NCBI GenBank assembly: GCA_951406725.2
Contig: OX597839.1
Location: 34,410,001 to 34,474,000, forward strand
Reading direction: 5' to 3'
Source of the DNA: Octopus vulgaris
Lineage: Eukaryota
DNA length: 64,000 nucleotides
Part shown: piece after piece, positions 55,094-64,000 of the stretch
Numbering within the stretch: the stretch's first letter is position 1
How the letters are laid out: the number at the start of each line of letters is the position of its first letter
The notes under the pieces: generated by a model
The model's input: only the letters and a program-made list of their open reading frames with translations
Databases searched by the model: none
What the model was told of the DNA's origin: nothing
Made by a program: the position numbers and the translations under genes

Positions 55094-55533
55094 ACAGGCT
55101 TCCACAGTTTCCATCTACCAAATCCACTCAGAGGGTATTGGTCAGCCCAGGGCTATAATAGGAGACATTTTACCCCCAGGTGGTGCTGTGCAGAGGAACT
55201 GAACACGAAAAAACCACGTGGTTGCATAGTTGTGAAGCAAGCATTTTAACCACACAGCCAAAAGAAAAAGAAATAACAATGTTTAGATTGTGAAACCCTG
55301 GCAGAGCATTTTTCCCTTCTGAAGCCCCATCAAACCAAACCCCTCCCCCCCCCGCCTGTTGATCTCTGACTGTCTTAACACAATACATTCTCAGATTTCA
55401 ACAAGTCTTTTTTTTTATATATGTTTATTTTTATTTATTTATTTATTTATTTTTTTTTTTTATTCTGACATCTCTGCAAAATGGCTTCACAATCAATCCT
55501 ATCCAGTCACCATCCTTTGATTCATATCACCAA

Positions 55534-56010
55534 TTACTACTACTACTACTACTACCACTACTGCTACTACCACCACTATTACTCCTACAACTACCACCAC
55601 CACTACTACTACAACTACCACTCACCACTATTACTCCTACAACTACCACTCACCACTACTATTACTACTACAACTACCACCACTACTACTACTATAACTA
55701 CCACCACCACTATTACTACAGCTACCACCACCACTATTACTACTACAACTACCACTCACCACTATTACTCTTACTATTACAACTACCACCACTACTACCA
55801 CTATAACTACCACCACCACTATTACTACTACAACTACCACTCAACACTACTATTACTACTACAACTACCACTCACCACTATTACTCCTACAACTACCACC
55901 ACCACCACTACTACTACAACTACCACCACCACTATTACTCCTACAACTACCACCACCACTATTACTCCTACAACTACCACCACCACCACCACCACTACTA
56001 CCACTACTAG
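55534..56010. repeat. (ACT/ACC)n compound repeat
   Basis: Seen directly in the sequence. Confidence 0.95.
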
Positions 56011-57217
56011 GTTAACCTTGAAACTTGGGCTGCTGCCAGTTGAAATCAATCTGGCATTATTTTAACTTTGCAACTCTTTGTTGTTTTCACCAGAACCAAA
56101 ATGTGCCTTTTGGGGTTCTGGAGCTGTCAGGGAGCCTTGCAAATGTTGTTATTTATTCTCCTTCCCAAAATAAAGGCACAAAGGAAAAACAAATTAAGGA
56201 GAAGGAAAAAAACAACAAAAAAAAAAAAAGGCAAATGGATCTGGTCTCATTACAGAGATTATTCAGGATATAAAAATTCCAACACTTCCAATTACTGTTT
56301 CCTCGTTATTAAAAGTCATAAAATTTCCTTTTCTTTCTTTTCTTTTTTTTTTACTCAAGCCATAGGACTGAGTTATGGTGGTGGTGGTGGGGGACATAAA
56401 CACACAAACACCAATGTCAAAATGTGGTGGGGGGACAAACATACACGCGCGCACACACACGCACATATATATATATTCTATTATTTGTTTCAGTCATTTG
56501 ACTGCGGTCATGCTGGAGCACCGCCTCTAGTCGAACAAATCGACCATCAGGACTTATTCTTTGTAAGCCTAGTACTTATTCTATCTAAGGGAAGTAACTC
56601 TCTAAAAATGTATTATTAAATCTCAGAACGTAAAAAGCTACAGTAACACCCCCCCTCCCTTTGTGGTTAGCCATATTGAGATGGCTATTATACTTTTTCC
56701 TCTCTAAAAATGCTTATATAGTTATTTCCCTTACAAACCCGAGCAACGCCGGGCGATACTGCTAGTATATATATACATTGATAAGGGGTAAAGGGTGAAG
56801 ACCCCCTTCGGTTATGAGTGACTGTGGAATTGAATTGCACCTAGAAAGTTCCCCTCCAGAACACAAGTCCAGGCAAGGTTGTTTCATGGAAGACCAGCAG
56901 TCGCCCATGTATACCGGTCTCGTCTCCCTGTGCCACCAATGTTGTCCAAGGGAAAGGCAAAGGCGGGTCCAGCTTGGCACCAGTGACATCACAGCTCATT
57001 TACACAACTGAGTGAGCTGGAGCAACGGGAAATAAAGGGTCTTGCTCAAGAACACAACACACTGCCTGGTACAGGAATCGAACTCACAACCTCACAATTA
57101 TAAGCCCAAAGCTCTAACCACTGCTCCATCTGCCTTCACTATATATATATTTAGTGAAGGTTTGTGTGTGTATGTATGTGTAGATGTATATGTGTATATA
57201 TATATATGTATAGTGAG

Positions 57218-57258
<41 letters not shown>

Positions 57259-57483
57259 ATATATATATACGCACACATATATATATAGTGAAGGCATGTG
57301 TGCGTATGTTTGTGAATATGTATGTATGTGTATATATATATAGTGTAGGTATGTGTGTGTATATGTATGTATAGATGTATATGTATATATATATGTGTGT
57401 GTGTGTATATATATATATATACACACACATATATATATATATATAGTGAAGGCATGTGTGCGTATGTTTGTGAATATGTATGT

Positions 57484-57514
<31 letters not shown>

Positions 57515-57927
57515 CATATACACAAATACACACACACACACACGCACACATAATATTATTCCAGCTATGGTTATCCTTATGAAACGTTGTCTTGTTTGTA
57601 CTTGTGTGCTTGTTTCCAGCAGTGGAATGTCTTTTGTGGCAGCAAAGTGTGAATCAATTATTCATTCAGAAACATGTCTTGACAGGTCCAAGAAAATATC
57701 AACATTTACATTCACTCCTTCCCGTCCATTAGAAAAAGAAGAAAAACATATATATATATACAAAAAAAAATTTATTGGATATCGTTTATAAATGGTTTAT
57801 ACGGTTAATATATTACATAATTTGAATAAAATGATAATTATAAGATCAATTCATAATGTAGTCTAAGTCTAATAGGAAATATTTCATTTGGATTCCTGAC
57901 GTCAGCTCAATGTGAAGTCAATGAAGC

Positions 57928-57928
<1 letters not shown>

Positions 57929-57985
<57 letters not shown>

Positions 57986-58068
57986 TATTATTTATTATTA
58001 TTATTATTATTATTTATTATTTATTATTATTATTTATTATTTATTATTATTATTATTATTATTTATTA

Positions 58069-58110
<42 letters not shown>
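57929..58110. repeat. (ATT)n microsatellite
   Basis: Seen directly; another lies at 18955-19068. Confidence 0.95.
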
Positions 58111-59424
58111 GAGTGAGAGAGCGGTTCATGCCATCAAAGTGACGCTGGGGTACAAATATATAAAACCCTGTATACCCATCATGACTACCCGTCTGATAAG
58201 GGTACACCAGGCACATGCATCACAACCGTATGTGCGCAACGTAGTGATCTCGTCTCACGATAAACAGCACATGACCTTGCAAATGGGGCTCAGTTAGAAT
58301 TTTCTTCAGGTCGAGTAACCCATCCCTCTCAAAAGGTTCCTGAATAAGGGTTGTTTAAGGATGTTGAATGAACCACCCATGTTTCCAAAGGTGAATTATC
58401 CAAACCTCAAAGAATTCCTCTCATCACATGGCTGTGGTGCTACCCCAACTACTTCTGCTCGTGATCAGAGATGCACATAGCATCAGCCACCAAGAGACAT
58501 ACTCTGGTCCTCCCTAACCTTCTCTTCAGTTGTGAGAAATAGACACTGTCCAGGGCCCTTTGCAGCCACCTGAACCCCTTTGGTTCCAGGATGCTTCCCA
58601 AGATTAAGGGTCACCATTGGTTGGATGTCATATCAAACTAATGACTCTACTCAGAAACTTGGATACGTCCCCTTACTCGCATCATTTGGGAACACCAATT
58701 CCAACTGGTTGGCCATGTTGCTCGATTTTCTGAGGCCCTGCTTACCATGTTCTCTTGATTGAGGATCTGGCTGGGTTGGCAGTTCATGTTGGTTGACCAC
58801 ATGTCAGATGGTCACGGCAGATGAGGAGGTATCTTACAGAAATGGGGACTGACTGAGACCCTGCTTGACGGGTCGCCCAAGAGGACCTGGGAATATACCA
58901 ACAAATGGTGAATGCAGCAAAGCACTGCAATGTCACATGGTCCCACATCTGACCTAATGGGGTTAATATATACTTGTGGTGCATCAAAAAAAAATCTCCC
59001 ACATTTTATTGGTTGGTAAATGTTTCAATAACAAATACAGGGTTTGCTATTGAAGCAGTTCAAACCCTGATGGCATCTGAAAGGTAAATGGTAAAGCGTC
59101 AGCTACATGAAGACACAGTTATCACCTGAACACCTCCATTCTGAAATAACCTGACCCCAGCCAAATAATGCCACGCTTCACCCTGAGAAACATATACACT
59201 CAGTCATACACACACACACTTACGCATATATACATGGATATGTGTGTGTATAGAGACATACGCACACGTGTTTTCATACATATAGACATGTATACATACA
59301 GTGGAAGCTGCTTATTATGATCACTTTCAAAGAGAGCCATTTAAATAACAATGACTAATGATAACATTATCTGAGAATATATCAACACAGCTTCTACCAT
59401 CCTAGGATTGTTTGAATAATTATT

Positions 59425-59938
59425 GGCAAGCTGGCACAATTGTTAGCACACCGAGAGAAATGCTTAGCTGTTTTTTGTCTACCGTTACGTTCTGAGTTCA
59501 AATTCCACCGAAGTCGACTTTGCCTTTCATCCTTTTGGGGTCGGTAAATTAAGTACCAACCCCTTGTGGGTAGTAAAGAAATAGGTATTTCATCTGCCGT
59601 TACGTTCTGAGTTCAAATTCCACTGAGGTCGACTTTGCCTTTCATCCTTTCAGGGTCGATAAAATTAGTACCAGTTATGCACTGGGGTCGATATAATCGA
59701 CTTAATCCGTTTGTCCTCTCTGTGTTTAGCCCCTTGTGGGTAGTAAAGAAATAGGTATTTCATCTGTCGCTACGTTCTGAGTTCAAATTCCGTCAAGGTT
59801 GACTTTGCCTTTCATCCTTTCGGGGTCATTAAATTAAGTACCAATTATACACTGGGGTTGATGTAATTGACTTAATCCCTTTGTCTGTCCTTGTTTGTCC
59901 CTTCAATGTTTAGCCCTCTGTGGGCAATAAAGACATAA
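59425..59938 (+). mobile_element. Head-to-tail multimer of SINE family B
   Basis: Three body copies joined at gtaaagaaataggtatttcatctg. Confidence 0.85.
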
Positions 59939-60149
59939 ATAATTTATTGGTATTTATTGGTAGCCTGAGTCTATCTATGGAGCCATTATGGCAATTTAGT
60001 GCATGCTGGTAGGAAACTGGGGTGGGTCTTGTTTTGAAATGACCTTAACATCGAGGTTGTCAAAAAGACAAGCAGGTCAATCAAATTTGGAAATATACAG
60101 GGTTAGCCAAAAGTCACCCAACAGTAAATCAAAAATTCCATAAATACTT

Positions 60150-60686
60150 CATTATTCACATTTGAAGGATATTTGTCCCTCATCTTGTTTGTTGTTAACA
60201 CAGCGTTTCGGCTGATATACCCTCCAACCTTCATCAGGTGTCTTGGGGAAATTTTGAACCTGGGTTCTCATTCCTAAGGTATTTTTCGATGTTATTATTG
60301 TTATTATTATTATTCAGATTACTGCTTGGAATCAAACTTAGAATCTTGGGGTTAGTAGCCTGCACTTTTAAGCACTACGCCTTCATCAGGTGTCTTGGGG
60401 AAATATCGAACCTGGGTTCTCATTCCTAAGGTATTTTTCGATGTTATTATTGTTATTATTATTATTCAGATTACTGCTTGGAATCAAACTTAGAATCTTG
60501 GGGTTAGTAGCCTGCACTTTTAAGCACTACGCCTTCATCAGGTGTCTTGGGGAAATATCGAACCTGGGTTCTCATTCCCAAGGTATTTTTCGATGTTATT
60601 ATTATTCAGGTCACTGCTTGTAATCGAACTCGGAATCTTGGGGTTAGTAGCCCGTGCTCTTAACCACTATGCCGTATACCCATGGA
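60150..60686 (-). mobile_element. tRNA-derived SINE with a hammerhead-bearing tail; head/body triplicated (152-bp period)
   Basis: On the minus strand, the head GGCATAGTGGTTAAGAGC...GAGTTCGATTAC has A and B boxes. Units start at 60229, 60381 and 60533. Flanked by an 11-bp direct repeat CATAAATACTT (60139-60149, 60687-60697). Confidence 0.8.
60198..60241 (-). ncRNA. Minimal type I hammerhead ribozyme motif
   Basis: ACAC-CTGATGA-A-GGTTG-gagggtatat-CAGCC-GAAAC-GCT-GTGT. Stems I and II pair. This copy has C instead of U at position 16.1. Confidence 0.7.
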
Positions 60687-61096
60687 CATAAATACTTAAT
60701 ATTCAATTTTATTTATTCATTCCAATTATGAAGTCGCTCAAGAAGGACTTCAGTTTGAACTATTTTCATGATGTTTTCCATATTTTGATGCTTTTATTAA
60801 ATTCGTTCAGTTGTTAAACAAATAATAAATCTTGGACTTAAATGGTTTTGCTTTACTGTCAGGTGACTTTTAGCCAACCCTGTATATGGGGAATTTCTAC
60901 ATATTTTTGCAAACAAGTATTTCTTTGGTTTATTGAATGGTTGAGCATATTTAGCATGTGATGTCATGAACATACGTGACACCCTTGCCGACATGAAACA
61001 TGGATGTTAAATGATGAGGATGATGATACAATATGATTTTGGTGTGTATAAGTATGTGTTATTAATCATTTCCGTCCAATTTCTATCCCCCACCAG

Positions 61097-61215
61097 TTGT
61101 CGGACACCTACATTAAACCCCTGGACAATGCTAACTTGACTCAAGCTGGGGAGTTGAATCTGGCCACTCTTGACCTTCAAACTGCCCTCATTCGGCTCGA
61201 GGAAGAGCAACAGAG
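61097..61215 (+). CDS. CROCC: Rootletin-like coding exon (119 nt, phase 0/2)
   Basis: cccccaccag|TTGTCG...CAGAG|gtgagt. Encodes LSDTYIKPLDNANLTQAGELNLATLDLQTALIRLEEEQQ(R), compared with rootletin DLESALIRLEEEQQR. Its phase fits both neighbouring exons. Confidence 0.92.
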
Positions 61216-61354
61216 GTGAGTTCCACTCCATTGTTTCCGAGAAGCCTCATGGGAACCTTAACAAAGAAATATAAGGATAATTGTAATTGATATATGAATG
61301 GGATGTGTTGGTTGAATAACTGGGAGAGAGTTGTGGGAATTGAATGAATGACTG

Positions 61355-61535
61355 TTAATGTGTTGTGGGAATGGGGGTATATTGAAGGAATGACTTAATG
61401 TGTTGTGGGAATGGGGGTATATTGAAGGAATGACTTAATGTGTTGTGGGAATGGGGGGTATATTGAATGAATGACTGGTAATGTGTTGTGGGAATGGTGG
61501 GTGTGTTGAAAGAATAACTGATAGTTGTTGGAATG
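61355..61535 (+). repeat. 40-bp minisatellite just downstream of exon 61097-61215
   Basis: ttaatgtgttgtgggaatgggggtatattgaaggaatgac at 61355, 61395 and 61435, then decaying. Confidence 0.85.
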
Positions 61536-62106
61536 GGCAGCAATGTTTTGTTTCCAGTCTTCTGTGATAAACATCTCTGGCCATGGGGAAATATTAGCTT
61601 GCCTGGAAACAGATGAAGGTTGGTGACAGGATGAGCATCCAGCTGTAGAAATTCTGCCTCAGTAACTACCGTATTTAATGGCCTATAAGATGCACAAGTG
61701 CATAGGACACACCCTAGCCTAGGCTATCCTTTTGTAAAATAAATTACCACTAAAATAACGTATTAATTCCTCCACTTACCTGTATAACTTCATGTTATTA
61801 CCAGTAATTATAAAAGTAATTTATTGCATCCACATTCGATATAAACATTCCGTAGACGATTGTTCACCAATAGATGGCAGCACACATTTTGAGCAAGTTT
61901 TGAGCCTACATTGAGTGCATTGGATGCAAGGGGGGGGTTAAAGTCATTTTGGGGTTTAAAAAAAAGGGTGCTTCTTATAGGCCATCAAATACGGTACTCT
62001 GTCTATTCCATGCTGGCATGGAAATGTGGACATTGAAACGATGATTATGTACTGAGTTCATAGTTGACCAGCCATAAAGCAGTATGACCGTGTTTTCTGT
62101 TGACAG

Positions 62107-62272
62107 GAGTTCAGGTCTTGCCCACGTCAATGCAATGTTACGAGAACAATTGGACCAAGCAACATCTGCAAACCAAAGCCTCACCAACGACATTCAGAAG
62201 TTGACCACTGATTGGCAAATGGCTCGAGAAGATCTTGATCTCAAAGAACAAGAGTGGAGAGAAGAAGAACAG
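62107..62272 (+). CDS. CROCC: Rootletin-like coding exon (166 nt, phase 2/0)
   Basis: ctgttgacag|GAGT...GAACAG|gtaact. Encodes (R)SSGLAHVNAMLREQLDQATSANQSLTNDIQKLTTDWQMAREDLDLKEQEWREEEQ, compared with SASLAQVNAMLREQLDQAGSANQALSEDIRKVTNDW. Confidence 0.95.
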
Positions 62273-62339
62273 GTAACTCTTATTTCTCTGTGCTTTTTCT
62301 TCCCCCCCCTCTCTCCCTTTCTCTCACTCTTATTTTTTT

Positions 62340-62571
62340 TTAACCTTTAGCATGCTGAAGGCATAATATGTCGCCAAATAAGTTTTCTCCCCTCTCAGTG
62401 CAACACAATGTGCCTGCAGTTACAGGGGAGAAAACCTGTGTGGCAACATGATTTGCCTTCAGCATGCTAAAGGTTAATTATGAATGCTTTAGAGCTAGTA
62501 GAAGGTAGCAAGCTCATAGAGGGTGGAGACACATACACACACACACACACACACATATATGTGTATATGTA

Positions 62572-62638
<67 letters not shown>

Positions 62639-62964
62639 TTTTAATCTTTTATCTGTTTCAGTCATTTGACTGTGGCCATCCCGGAGCATCATGTTATATC
62701 TATATATATATATATATAAGGTGATGCTCCGCCCTCTATGAGGTTGCTACCTTCTACTAGCCCTAAAGCATTCATAATTAACCTTTAGCATGCTGAAGGC
62801 AAATCATGTTGCCACACAGGTTTTCTCCCCTGTAACTGCAGGCACATTGTGTTGCTTTGAGAGGAGAGAAAACTCATTTGGCGATGTAAAATGTGACCGC
62901 GTGTGTACCGTTGGCAATTTTTTTCTCTGTCTAGTAGAAGGTAGCAAGCTCATAGAGGGTGGAG

Positions 62965-62998
<34 letters not shown>

Positions 62999-63052
62999 TC
63001 ATTTAATCTTTTATCTGTCTCAGTCATTTGACGTTGGCCATCCCGGAGCATC

Positions 63053-63105
<53 letters not shown>
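62340..63105. repeat. Complex fold-back: TTAA-flanked MITE plus inverted and direct duplications
   Basis: MITE 62340-62477 has inverted ends TTAACCTTTAGCATGCTGAAGGCA. 62370-62526 is inverted at 62727-62885, and 62495-62700 is repeated directly at 62931-63105. Confidence 0.8.
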
Positions 63106-63109
<4 letters not shown>

Positions 63110-64000
63110 CTTCTTTCATTTTCTGTTTATCAAACCCACTCACTAGGCTGTGGTCAACCCCTGGGCTATAGCAGAAGCCACTTGCCCAAGGTGCTGCACA
63201 GTGGGACTGAACCCAAAACCACATGGTTGCAAAACAGGGTCCTTCACCACACAGCCATCCTATAGACTACTTCATATTTTCCTACACATTCTTTCCTCAT
63301 CAAAATATGTCTACCACTCTTCTTTCTTCTTTCATTATTCATTTCTCGTTAGTCTCCCCAACACCGTCTAATTAATGTATTTAGTTAGATTGGGTTACAG
63401 TTGGGTTACATTTTAATTAAGTTCCTTGTTCTCCCCCCTCTTTTCTTTCTCTGAACAGTGTTTTTTTTTATATTTATTTTATTGTTTTTTGTGTTATTTA
63501 TTTTTTGTCTGCTTGTATATTTGTCTTTTGATCCCTTTGTTATATAGTTCCCCTTTTCTCTCACAGTCTATGTGTGTGTGTGTGTGTATGTATATATATT
63601 TGTAGGTGTGTTTGTATATGTGTGTGTATGTGTATGTATTTATGTGTTTGTGTGTATTTAGGTAGGTACATAGGTATATACATAGGTATATACATAGGTA
63701 TGTACATAGGTATATACATAGGTATATACATAAGCACAAATTGAAAACCAAAACTCCCACTGTGCCATGGAGACAGAAACAAAGGAATGAATAAATCACA
63801 CTCAGGTGTGAACGTTGATTGCAGGTATATCCATTAGGGTGGGCGACACAAACACAGGCTGGCTGAAAGGTGGGGGGTGTCGAGCAGAGACCCCCGCCCG
63901 TACCCTCGCCCACTGAAAACTTCACAGAACCACCTGGAATGTGTGCTGTTGAAGACACATTGAGTTGATAAGCTGCTGTTTCTTAAAGTATTCAGGAGTT

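Larger units (their letters stand above)
60098..60882. mobile_element. Tc1/mariner-type MITE hosting the hammerhead SINE
   Basis: ~31-bp terminal inverted repeats CAGGGTT(A/G)GC(C/T)AAAAGTCACC..ACAGTAAA, flanked by TA on both sides. Confidence 0.8.

Noticed and set aside
56094-56273. Open stretch after a good acceptor (NQNVPFGVLELSG...)
   Set aside because: It runs into A-tracts, shows no rootletin similarity, and the neighbouring exons already join in phase without it.

Overview
AT-rich, microsatellite- and SINE-dense animal genomic DNA. The repeat families look like those of Octopus (inference, not verified). The window holds the 5' part of a + strand rootletin (CROCC-like) gene. Coding exons lie at 6184-6582 (interrupted by a spurious 100-N gap), 46493-46675, a tandem-duplicated pair 49317-49397 / 49461-49532, 61097-61215 and 62107-62272; the gene continues beyond both window edges. 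Main points of interest: (1) a duplicated, probably mutually exclusive rootletin exon pair; (2) candidate alternative first or cassette exons in the ~40-kb intron, preceded by RFX X-box-like motifs; (3) three distinct repeat families carrying minimal hammerhead-ribozyme motifs, including a tRNA-headed SINE with a hammerhead in its tail and a palindrome encoding a hammerhead on each strand. The rest is SINEs, RTE and R4-like LINE fragments, piggyBac, hAT and Tc1-type MITEs, and simple repeats. All calls are by eye; no database search or RNA data were available.
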